From Halioglobus sp. (lineage in GTDB: Bacteria > Pseudomonadota > Gammaproteobacteria > Pseudomonadales > Halieaceae), in assembly GCA_039990395.1 (NCBI GenBank), contig JBDXFZ010000144.1, positions 37,469 through 101,468 on the forward strand: a stretch of 64,000 nt of DNA, read 5' to 3'. Below are positions 9,575 through 18,472 of this stretch, in pieces; position 1 is the stretch's first letter, and the number at the start of each line of letters is the position of its first letter. Position numbers and translations under genes: made by a program. Under the pieces are notes generated by a model. It saw nothing but the letters and a program-made list of their open reading frames with translations. It did no database searches and was not told the DNA's origin.

Positions 9575-10875
9575 AAGGAATCCCTAAGTTTTCGCGACAT
9601 CACTGCAAACTGTTTGGGAACAAAGACATTCTCGTCTGTGACAGTGGCAAACAGCTGGTCGAGTTGCTGTTCGTAGCTACCCTGATCATCCAGAGTGATT
9701 GTAATAGTTTCAATGGCCAGAAAAATTTGTTCCGCAGAGGTGAAATGCCTAAAGTCGCCTGCGCCTGCGCGCTCCGCCAGCTGCTGACGTAATAGTTTTA
9801 AATCAGCTGTTTGATACGACCGATTGCCCAACTGCTCAACCAGGGGTTCTAGCACAGCAACAAGAGTTTTAGACTCAGCCACCACTGCACTACGAGACTT
9901 GACTGACTGCACATGTAATGCCACTCGACCCTGTGCAACCTTAGTAGCTGCCGGCGATCCTAGGGCGTTTAACACAGCTTCCAATACCAAAAGAGTTCCG
10001 TCGTTTAACCGGACACTACCCGGCGGTAGCGCTCGACTTCCCCCCTCCGACTCCCAGCGCAGGTCATTCATAGGATGATGGCACGAGTGACATTGATAAA
10101 AGGACAGTTCCGGCATGAGCGTGTCGCCGCCAAACCAATCGGTCTGCAGGAGCTCCAACGACTGGATGCTGGTCAATACCAATCCAGAAAGCCACATGTT
10201 TACCGACGGCGTATATGGCTTACGCTGTGAGTAGTCGGTGTCCACCTCGTAGTGGGCGGGCTGATTAACGGTAAAGGTTTCCAGTTCGAAACTTAACCGG
10301 GGATGGCCTGCGCCCATGATTGCATGCGTTGCAAATTTGTTTCGCGTACCCAGATGACAAGACAAGCACAATCTTGCCCGCGCGGCTGGCTGCTCCGTTG
10401 GATACATGCCAGCCGCTACGTTGTCCGCATGCGACGTCCCCTGCTCGGCATGACTCTGCAACCACTGACCCGAACCACCATGGCAGGCTTCGCAACCCAC
10501 ACCATCAGAGATCTGGAAACGCCTACCTCTACTCTCCACTGCTACATTATCTGCATGGCAATCCAGGCAGATATCCGCCGCATGTGCACTCGGTAAACCC
10601 AGCTTTGCTGCCATGGCCTGCGATTGCTGTGTTTGCAGCGTGCGGTAAGCGCGCGAGTGGAAATCCTCGCGCAACCATATCCGGTATTCATTCAACCAGA
10701 CGGTAGACTCGGGATCAGGACTGACCTTACCGTGACAGACGCTGGTTGCGCACGTCGCAACGCCTTCGTGCACATTCTGCGCTGTTTCAGGCAACAGTTG
10801 GGCGTGCACCTGTACAGCGCAACACACTGCCCCTAGCCACGCTATAAGCGCTAAGGCTTGTTTTCGACAAACCAA
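9571..10875 (-). CDS. periplasmic pentaheme c-type cytochrome (c554/c3-like)
   Basis: Signal peptide present. Heme motifs CATSVCH (CX4CH, as in cytochrome c3), CLDCH, CEACH, CLSCH and CHSCH. TTG start overlaps the upstream gene by 25 nt. Confidence 0.75.
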   Translation of the reverse strand: MVCRKQALALIAWLGAVCCAVQVHAQLLPETAQNVHEGVATCATSVCHGKVSPDPESTVWLNEYRIWLREDFHSRAYRTLQTQQSQAMAAKLGLPSAHAADICLDCHADNVAVESRGRRFQISDGVGCEACHGGSGQWLQSHAEQGTSHADNVAAGMYPTEQPAARARLCLSCHLGTRNKFATHAIMGAGHPRLSFELETFTVNQPAHYEVDTDYSQRKPYTPSVNMWLSGLVLTSIQSLELLQTDWFGGDTLMPELSFYQCHSCHHPMNDLRWESEGGSRALPPGSVRLNDGTLLVLEAVLNALGSPAATKVAQGRVALHVQSVKSRSAVVAESKTLVAVLEPLVEQLGNRSYQTADLKLLRQQLAERAGAGDFRHFTSAEQIFLAIETITITLDDQGSYEQQLDQLFATVTDENVFVPKQFAVMSRKLRDSL

Positions 10876-13800
10876 GGCTTACCCTCCTCATCAAGGAACA
10901 TTTTGCGCATTTCATCCTGGTTCAACGGCCTGGAGCCAAGACGACCGAAGACCGCTATCTGCCCGCCCGTTTCGTCTACGCCGCGATCACGCTCTAGCGG
11001 CCGACTGATTGACAACGCCGGCGACTGCGTCGGATAAACTGCTATCAATTCCGGCTTGGGCGCCGGACTGAAACCGTAAAATTTCGGCTGGCTGTCGGGC
11101 GACGTGAGCTGCACAACCTTCAGGCCAGAGCCGCCATCTGCCACATAAGCAAACAAAGAGGCGTTGGTACTGGCAACAGTGACATCGTAGCTATCACTCA
11201 GTCCATCTTTAAAGCTTTCTACGAGCTTCATCGCTTCAGGATTTTTGATATCAACGATTGTCAGGCCATCCGCGCCGCTAGCGACATAGGCAAACGTACG
11301 TGCCAGATGCAGCCGGCGTGCTTGCCCGAGCGAAATTGTGTTGTCCGGTGTGACAATCGGCTTCGATGGGTCAGTAATATCAACTACTTTCAGACCATCC
11401 GCATCTGTCACAAACAGATACCTGAACTGCTGTGCTAGAGAATGACCGTTACTCAGAGGCAGAACGCTTTCGAGCTTGGGCTCCAAAGGTTTGTCGATAT
11501 TGACTGTAACCAGACCTGCATCAGCAATGATATAGGCGTACATTCCACCAAGAACCATGTGTCGCGCACCTTTAAGCACACCCTGATCATTCCAAGTGAC
11601 CGCACGCGTGAGCTTATTGTTGCGAGGCTCTCCGTCCATGAGAGTATCGATATCAACGAGAATCAGCCCTTCTTCGCTATCGAGAATGTAGGCATAGGTA
11701 TAGAGCGGATGAAACGGCTGCTCTTCGTTAATGTCACGCATCAACTCGCCTTGGTTGCGAGACGGCTGAATCGGCTGAGTAGTCGGCAGCACAACACAGG
11801 TCGCGTTCTTGCTATCGATATGCGTATCGTGGCCCAGCCTGCTGAAGGGGGCGGTGATTATGCGCTGTGATACACCTTTGTTCGCAATGCTGGCCACATC
11901 GTAGACTTGCGTACCTTTCTCACCTTCAGCCACGAACAAATATTCTCCCCGCAACTGCAGGCATTCCGAAACGCCACTGGTATGCGGGTAACCATGCTGT
12001 AGCACGCGATCATTAGTCTGATGCTCGGCAAAATAGTCCGGATACGCATACTTTTGAAGGTAGCTACCAATCACCGCCTGTGGCTCATCCCACTCTGTTA
12101 CTTGTACACCGGTAATATGCTGTTCACCACCTACATACGCTATGTGCCCGAGAAAATTCACGAAGCCCGTACCGTACATCAGAAGCTGCGCCATGATCGC
12201 ATTGTTATCGTTGTTCTTACTTAGGTGACAATCTTCACATTGCTTTGTCTCGGTCTTTCGCACTGTATGTGCAAAATGAGGATTGAATGCCTGAGAGCTA
12301 TAGCCACTTGCTGCGATTGGTGGCTGCTGGATGTAAATCTTCTCTCGATTGGAATTAGTAGAAGAAAGCACAAGAGCAGACGTAGATCGTACGGGTGCAA
12401 TCTTTCCGCCTTTGGCCGTTTCGCGCCGGCCCAGCAAAAACATCTGGTCGCGCGCTACTTGTGGGTTGTACGTAGCGTAGTTACGTGAACTCCCACCTTC
12501 ATAATGGTGTCGCTCTGTTTTTTCGTTCGCCTGAATCGGCAGGTGACAGCCGCCGCAACTCGTTGTCCAAGAGGTATGACAGGTATAGCACTCCATCTCT
12601 TCATCTGAGTGCGCGAGCTCATCCATGCTCACCTCTGCACCCCAAGCTTGTGATGCGGTATCAGTGCTCATGGTTTTTGCGCGCGCCGCTTCTGAGTTGT
12701 AGCCCGTGTGTTCTGGGTCAACGCTATCCTTCACGAGGCTGACCTCCCACTCCAGCTCAGGATCCAGCACCGATCGTTGAATCAGCTTTTCTCCTATCCA
12801 CTCAAAACGCCGACGTCCATCTGGATTTCTAATTGCCCCTAAATCTGTGCCGCCTTCCAATGCGGCCGGGCCTGAGGTAAAGAGGTTCGGGTAGGCAGAA
12901 ACAGAGCCATGGCAATCCTTGCAATCTATTTCTACAGCGGCGGCGACTTCGCCATAAATGTGTCCATTGCCATGATTGTCTTGTGAGTAGTGGCAATCGA
13001 CACAGTGCATGCCGGCATCAAGGTGAATTGAAGACATATGAACAGCCTTCTGAAATTTATCTGGATCTTCATCGCTCACCTGCGCACCTTCAGCATCCAA
13101 CAGGTTGCCATCACGATCGCGCTTGAACACCGCGCGGAAGTTCCAGCCGTGACCATGGTAATCGGCGAACTGGGTATCTTTTAGCTCTGGATTCATCTCA
13201 GACACCGCTTTGAGAAACTCTAGGTCCGCCCACTTTCCGCGCGGCGCAGCACCCTCAGGGTTTCTCTCTAACACCTTGCGGCGCTCTTCGTCTGTTGGGT
13301 ACACCTGTTTTTCTGGCCACATAGACGGCGCGTCAGACTCGTAGTCCCACATCGTGTAACCCAAGTAACTGTTCACGAACATATTGGGCTGGTGCATATG
13401 GCAAACCATACACTGGCTGGTTGGAATTGCCCGTGTGAACTTGTGTTGCAGCGGATGTCCCGGCTCCTCTTTGGGAATCATTGGATCTACCGACTGGCTT
13501 TCCCCAATATGGCCAAACTGCGCATAGGCACCTGAGTGGCGTGGATCACGATCGTTCGCATAAACGACATGGCAGGCAGCACATCCGGAGTTACGGTAGT
13601 CACCGGGCTGATCGTTAGTACCCATAAACCAGGTATGCGGGTCATTCAATCGAGTCTTGGTAATATTAATCAGCGGCACTGAAATGCGGGCTCCCGTTCC
13701 GGGGCCACGATTACTCTGACGAAAATCTGGTCTGCCGGGTTCTTCAAGACGTTGTAACTGTCCCAGCGCATTGGGCAATCCCGTTTCTGGAAACAGGTTA

Positions 13801-14603
13801 CTGATATTACGTCCACCACGCTCAAACACCCTGAAAATATCGCCGGGTTTCACCGTCTCCCACGCGGGCAAGGGATAGAGCTCTGGTAAAATTCCTGCCA
13901 GAGTCATTTCTTCGGTAGGTATTACTGGTCCCTTTACCGCCGCACCCACGCCTTCGCGCGTATAGGACTCGCCTAAAATATAGCGTTTGAAAGGTAGTAT
14001 TCCGTTGTTGTACGAGGCTCCTCCCCACAACATGGCTGAGGTCGCCATCAAACTGCGCTCGGCAGCTTCAATGATGGGCAGATGGCAGGCCCCGCAGGCT
14101 TCTCTGGCGATGCGATAGTCCGAGGGGTTAACAAACCGCACGAACTCAGGACTTTCCCTGTTGAGCAAAGTGTAGGTTTGTTCCGGATTGGCGCTTGATG
14201 GATAGTGCCAGTCATCAGGATAACTTGGGAGAACGTGCGCTGACTCCATCGCCGCCAGGTAAGCTGGATTCGACAAACCCTCGGTCACACCCTGAGGCGC
14301 TCGCACCGTGGCGTTACCCCCGTGGCAGTCGGTACAACCCAATTTAACTGCCGGATTCATGTGCATTGTTTTTTCATCAGTACTGGTGTGACAGGTTTCG
14401 CACCCTTCCGACTTAGCCGCCATCTGTTCCTGTGTCTGACTGACCGGCGCGTTCGGCGCAGTCACGTATTGCCTCGCTACCGCCTCGCCGCCCGAAGAGC
14501 CGAGAGTAACGCTCACAGGCAATGCGACGCCGACCAGCATCAGGCTCGCTAGCCAGATTTTCATCACCGCTGAAGTTGTTGGTTTTCCCTGTGCCAAGAT
14601 CAT
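10851..14603 (-). CDS. 1250-aa decaheme c-type cytochrome fused to a C-terminal LVIVD-repeat beta-propeller
   Basis: Signal peptide present. Ten CXXCH motifs: CETCH, CTDCH, CGACH, CAACH, CMVCH, CVDCH, CKDCH, CYTCH, CGGCH, CEDCH. The C-terminal third carries GLILVDID, GLVTVNID, GLKVVDIT, GLTIVDIK and GLKVVQLT repeats. Confidence 0.8.
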   Translation of the reverse strand: MILAQGKPTTSAVMKIWLASLMLVGVALPVSVTLGSSGGEAVARQYVTAPNAPVSQTQEQMAAKSEGCETCHTSTDEKTMHMNPAVKLGCTDCHGGNATVRAPQGVTEGLSNPAYLAAMESAHVLPSYPDDWHYPSSANPEQTYTLLNRESPEFVRFVNPSDYRIAREACGACHLPIIEAAERSLMATSAMLWGGASYNNGILPFKRYILGESYTREGVGAAVKGPVIPTEEMTLAGILPELYPLPAWETVKPGDIFRVFERGGRNISNLFPETGLPNALGQLQRLEEPGRPDFRQSNRGPGTGARISVPLINITKTRLNDPHTWFMGTNDQPGDYRNSGCAACHVVYANDRDPRHSGAYAQFGHIGESQSVDPMIPKEEPGHPLQHKFTRAIPTSQCMVCHMHQPNMFVNSYLGYTMWDYESDAPSMWPEKQVYPTDEERRKVLERNPEGAAPRGKWADLEFLKAVSEMNPELKDTQFADYHGHGWNFRAVFKRDRDGNLLDAEGAQVSDEDPDKFQKAVHMSSIHLDAGMHCVDCHYSQDNHGNGHIYGEVAAAVEIDCKDCHGSVSAYPNLFTSGPAALEGGTDLGAIRNPDGRRRFEWIGEKLIQRSVLDPELEWEVSLVKDSVDPEHTGYNSEAARAKTMSTDTASQAWGAEVSMDELAHSDEEMECYTCHTSWTTSCGGCHLPIQANEKTERHHYEGGSSRNYATYNPQVARDQMFLLGRRETAKGGKIAPVRSTSALVLSSTNSNREKIYIQQPPIAASGYSSQAFNPHFAHTVRKTETKQCEDCHLSKNNDNNAIMAQLLMYGTGFVNFLGHIAYVGGEQHITGVQVTEWDEPQAVIGSYLQKYAYPDYFAEHQTNDRVLQHGYPHTSGVSECLQLRGEYLFVAEGEKGTQVYDVASIANKGVSQRIITAPFSRLGHDTHIDSKNATCVVLPTTQPIQPSRNQGELMRDINEEQPFHPLYTYAYILDSEEGLILVDIDTLMDGEPRNNKLTRAVTWNDQGVLKGARHMVLGGMYAYIIADAGLVTVNIDKPLEPKLESVLPLSNGHSLAQQFRYLFVTDADGLKVVDITDPSKPIVTPDNTISLGQARRLHLARTFAYVASGADGLTIVDIKNPEAMKLVESFKDGLSDSYDVTVASTNASLFAYVADGGSGLKVVQLTSPDSQPKFYGFSPAPKPELIAVYPTQSPALSISRPLERDRGVDETGGQIAVFGRLGSRPLNQDEMRKMFLDEEGKPWFVENKP

Positions 14604-14612
14604 TGTCGCCCC

Positions 14613-16496
14613 TTAGAAAGTCAGGATTACATTAAAAAGAACAGAGTAAGGATCTTCATCGCCGTACAGATCCTTGAAACCATCACCACCCAACAGTTGA
14701 GCGTAGGACGCTCGCACCACCACATTCTGACTCATAAACGGCCGCCAAATGACTGCTGCAGACAAATCCATGCCGATCTCTTCATCAACATTGCTTTGCG
14801 CCCGCGCTACCTCAAGTACTTCAGTCTCGGCAAACGCCAGGTAGTTGGCGTTAAATGACAAGCGCAGTTCGGGCAAAATATCCATATCAACACCACCACC
14901 AAGCAGCAAGATACCGGGATTGGTGAAGTTTGATTGCCCGTGCTCTTTGGAGGACCTAAGCGAGTTGAGGATTCCGTTGCGCTGTGACAACGCTACGCGT
15001 CCACCACCGATCAATGGCACGCCCTGCCGTATCCAATAGCTGGTATCGGCACCTGCAAACTGGGGGTTTTCGAAGATGGCATCGAAACCCTCACTCTTGC
15101 CGTCAAACGGATCATCATCGCCAGAACCATAAAGGAACGACAGGCGCGCCCGCATCCAGTCAAAGTCCATCGAAGGTTCAACCGCAAAGAAATACGCCTG
15201 AATATCTGAGTCCTCCGATCCGAAGACTGAGTCTTTCTCTTCACCTAGTGCCAAATAAGCCGAGGTTGTTAAATTGAGACGGCCAAAATGGCCGTCGCCA
15301 CTGTAGCCCAGGTAATACACGTCGTACTCTCGCAGGCGCTCCTCACCTATCGACGCAGGCCTTGCGATAAAGTCGTTGGTGTCATAAAAAATTTCGTCCT
15401 CACGATTTCGATTGTAGATGGCCGAAAATTGCGAGAAAAAACCTAGTGTAGGCTCATCCTGAAAATAGAGGTTCGCAACGTAAACATCGTCGTCGCGCAG
15501 AGACTCGGTAACATCGTTCAAACCGGAATTAGTATCTTTCTCCATCCGCCGGAACCAGGCAAGATTATACTGATAGCGGTTGTTGTCGCGCGTACCGAAG
15601 AGGCGAACGCCAAACGGAGAGTCCTGAAAAAGAAAGCCCCTGAAGTCACTAGAGAATGGCTGAATACCCACACGCACACTATCGAAATCGTAGCGCTCAG
15701 AGACATCTCTTAAGTGTTTATCTACAAACGCTGCTTGAATACCAATGTGATTGTCTTCTCGGGTTCGACCAATCGCCGGATCAGCATTCGTGCCTAGTGT
15801 TTCATCCAACTTCGTATAGTTGTAGTTGAATACAGGCGTGAACCTAAACTCCCAATCCGGGGGTCTGAACACAGTATCGCCCTGATAGTACACAAGCTCT
15901 ACTGCCAGATTCTGATTAATCAGCGTTTGGTCGAGGCCACCCAGTACATCTAGCGAGCCTGGGCTGTTTGTCGTTTGTACTCCAACAGGCGTTGGCACTT
16001 CACGAACTTCGACAACCGTGTCGGAGATGACCGCCACATTGAAGAACCAGTCATCGTGGATCGGTTTGTCGCCCTTAATCGTATTTTGATCATAGGGATT
16101 AAACCAGTTGTCTTCATAACCCAGGCTGTCGACTATGCGCCAGCGATCGGGAATCGGCACGGCCTCAACATACTGCTCGGCCGTAGGACGGGGAATCGGT
16201 GAATAGCGACGTGGTAAAACAGTTCGTTCACGCGCTACGGGTGTTTCGCGTAATACTTCACCTGTCTCTTCATTAACCACCGTTTCCCGATACTCGCAAT
16301 CCCGGTTGGAGCCACCCGCCCTGCGACGTCCGCTACGCGCACGGTCTCGCACATCTTTATCATCACAGGCAGGCAAAGCGGTGTCAGCCGTTTCTGATTG
16401 TGCCGACGCATTTATGGGTGCTGCCAATATCATTAGCGCAAATGCAAAAGCTATGGAAGTTGTGAGAACAGGCCGTAACGAGGTTGTAGTAGTCAT
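14613..16496 (-). CDS. large outer-membrane beta-barrel protein (porin-like candidate)
   Basis: 627 aa. Signal peptide ...APINASA-QSE. Alternating amphipathic Tyr/Gly/Asp-rich segments and a C-terminal ...FNVILTF with terminal Phe. No family recognised. Confidence 0.6.
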   Translation of the reverse strand: MTTTTSLRPVLTTSIAFAFALMILAAPINASAQSETADTALPACDDKDVRDRARSGRRRAGGSNRDCEYRETVVNEETGEVLRETPVARERTVLPRRYSPIPRPTAEQYVEAVPIPDRWRIVDSLGYEDNWFNPYDQNTIKGDKPIHDDWFFNVAVISDTVVEVREVPTPVGVQTTNSPGSLDVLGGLDQTLINQNLAVELVYYQGDTVFRPPDWEFRFTPVFNYNYTKLDETLGTNADPAIGRTREDNHIGIQAAFVDKHLRDVSERYDFDSVRVGIQPFSSDFRGFLFQDSPFGVRLFGTRDNNRYQYNLAWFRRMEKDTNSGLNDVTESLRDDDVYVANLYFQDEPTLGFFSQFSAIYNRNREDEIFYDTNDFIARPASIGEERLREYDVYYLGYSGDGHFGRLNLTTSAYLALGEEKDSVFGSEDSDIQAYFFAVEPSMDFDWMRARLSFLYGSGDDDPFDGKSEGFDAIFENPQFAGADTSYWIRQGVPLIGGGRVALSQRNGILNSLRSSKEHGQSNFTNPGILLLGGGVDMDILPELRLSFNANYLAFAETEVLEVARAQSNVDEEIGMDLSAAVIWRPFMSQNVVVRASYAQLLGGDGFKDLYGDEDPYSVLFNVILTF

Positions 16497-16498
16497 CG

Positions 16499-18472
16499 CT
16501 ATTTACCTCCACACACGTTCTGCTGATCACTATCGATATAGGGCGTCTGCGGACACTGAATATATCTCAGTCTTTCTCCCATGGGCGCTAGCCTATCGGC
16601 ACGTATTTCGGGAGGTGCGTTATTAATGCTGTTTCCGAGCTGCTGGCCGGCCTCATCCAGTCCCAGGAAAGCAATCATGTCATCCTGATCGATACCATCG
16701 CCAGAAACACCGATGCCGCCCACCAACTGATTACCTCGGTAGATAGGCACACTACCTGGAAAAATCTGAATACCATTTGCGATTCTGGGCGCTGCGGCAT
16801 CGGGACAATTTGACTGGACGTCCTGATCAGTTGCACCTGCAGCAAACAACACGTGGGTAAAGATGCTGTTAATCGTCAGATCAAGCTGTAACCCGGTCGA
16901 AAAAACACTCCATTCATCGTTTGCGAAGGGCTTACTGAACGGACCACTGGGATTCCCCCTAATGCCATCGGGGTAGAATGGCCGCGACAGATTGCCACCC
17001 GCTCTGTCAGAAAAAGCCGTACCGTCTGTCAGTGCATTCGGGCCCACAAATGCCTGCACTTGATCAACATAGGTGGGAATAAACACTTCGGCTTTGGGAG
17101 ACAGATCTGGATTTAAGTAAACCGCGGGGGTTGTGATTGCCCGCAAGAACGCGGCCGCGTCGCGTGAGGAAAAAAGCGCAGCTGTACGCGCTTTCTGCAG
17201 CGAAACATCGGCACCAAAAACCGGGGCATCAGCCGAACGGACAACTCCCAAAATTACACCCTGACTATCAACTACGGAGATAGTCACTCTGGCGGGCGTA
17301 CCAATCGGTCGGCGTATTTGCGCCCGGCTGCGGGCCGCGACTACCAGCGCGCTTTCAAGCAGCGTGGCTACCTCGCTGGCCGACAACGGAGCCACGGGAA
17401 GCGTGCCGCCATCGGAGCCGCCTCTGGGCGGGAAGCGATTGTTGTTGTCTTCGTCTACGAATACGAACGATTCTATACTTGCCAATGCACCTGCCCTGAT
17501 ACCGGATGCCGGTGTGCCAAATGCGGTGCCTGCAATAATGCGTCCGCCACCATAACCTTGAACATCAACAAGATTGCCACGGTCTACCAACGAATCGTAA
17601 GCAGGTGCTTGCTCCGGAGACACTGGCAAATTGCCAAACTCAACATCCGTAAAGCGAAGAGTTTTTCCCTCAACGGTAATTCGGTCGGCACGCCTGTCAC
17701 GAGGCGCTGCAAAATCGTAGGTCGCAGCCAAGGCTATTTGCTCATCTATATCACGATCGTCATTGAGAATATTCTTATCGATTGTGTAGCGACCATCGGC
17801 AATGACGCCTACACCACCGACCGGTGTGCCAGATTTATAAAGCGGAAAACCACCTGGATCTGCTGACAAACCCAGCGGGGAACGCTGAGGTCCTACGTTA
17901 CTGCCCGCCGAAGCGCCGGACAGCACAAAATCAGAGCACGCGAGCTGACTAAACTGCACCCCAAACAACGGGCCGGCAGGTTGGTTCTCTTCGCCTGGGT
18001 TGAAGTGCTCCTGAACAATTTGATTAGCGGTACGGCTGGAGAACGCATTGCCTTCGCTAGATAAGTAGGCGCCGGTTACCGCCTTGGTGATTGCAGCAAG
18101 CGCTCCCGCATTGGTGCCGGCTGGTAGCACAACTCCTTCAAGACCGGTGCTGATCGTAGTGGGAAAAGTCGTGCCTATCTCAACTGCGGCTCCTTGGACA
18201 GCCATCCTGTGAATAGCCAATACGTTGCCTACGCGATCTACCACGGCGATCGTCGCCTCAACACCCAACGCCTCTGCTTGGGCTATTCCCTGCGCCAGAA
18301 CCTGCTTTACATCAGCTATCGTAAGCGATGTTGATTGCGTAGCACACTGACCCACACACGGTGTCGAACTATCATCTGTCGCGGGTGACGCCCCTGCGCT
18401 ACTGCCACCGCTGCCACCCCCCCCACACGCGGTGAGTAACAACAAGCCGGCCGCACATCCAAGTAACCTCAT
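16499..18472 (-). CDS. lipoprotein with two GlcG/HbpS-like (DUF336) heme-binding-type domains
   Basis: Lipobox LLLTAC followed by a Gly/Ser linker. Domain 1 is LTIADVKQVLAQGIAQAEALGVEATIAVVDRVGNVLA...GGVGVIADG. Domain 2 is VTISVVDSQGVILGVV...GGIGVSGDGIDQDDMIA. Confidence 0.65.
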   Translation of the reverse strand: MRLLGCAAGLLLLTACGGGGSGGSSAGASPATDDSSTPCVGQCATQSTSLTIADVKQVLAQGIAQAEALGVEATIAVVDRVGNVLAIHRMAVQGAAVEIGTTFPTTISTGLEGVVLPAGTNAGALAAITKAVTGAYLSSEGNAFSSRTANQIVQEHFNPGEENQPAGPLFGVQFSQLACSDFVLSGASAGSNVGPQRSPLGLSADPGGFPLYKSGTPVGGVGVIADGRYTIDKNILNDDRDIDEQIALAATYDFAAPRDRRADRITVEGKTLRFTDVEFGNLPVSPEQAPAYDSLVDRGNLVDVQGYGGGRIIAGTAFGTPASGIRAGALASIESFVFVDEDNNNRFPPRGGSDGGTLPVAPLSASEVATLLESALVVAARSRAQIRRPIGTPARVTISVVDSQGVILGVVRSADAPVFGADVSLQKARTAALFSSRDAAAFLRAITTPAVYLNPDLSPKAEVFIPTYVDQVQAFVGPNALTDGTAFSDRAGGNLSRPFYPDGIRGNPSGPFSKPFANDEWSVFSTGLQLDLTINSIFTHVLFAAGATDQDVQSNCPDAAAPRIANGIQIFPGSVPIYRGNQLVGGIGVSGDGIDQDDMIAFLGLDEAGQQLGNSINNAPPEIRADRLAPMGERLRYIQCPQTPYIDSDQQNVCGGK

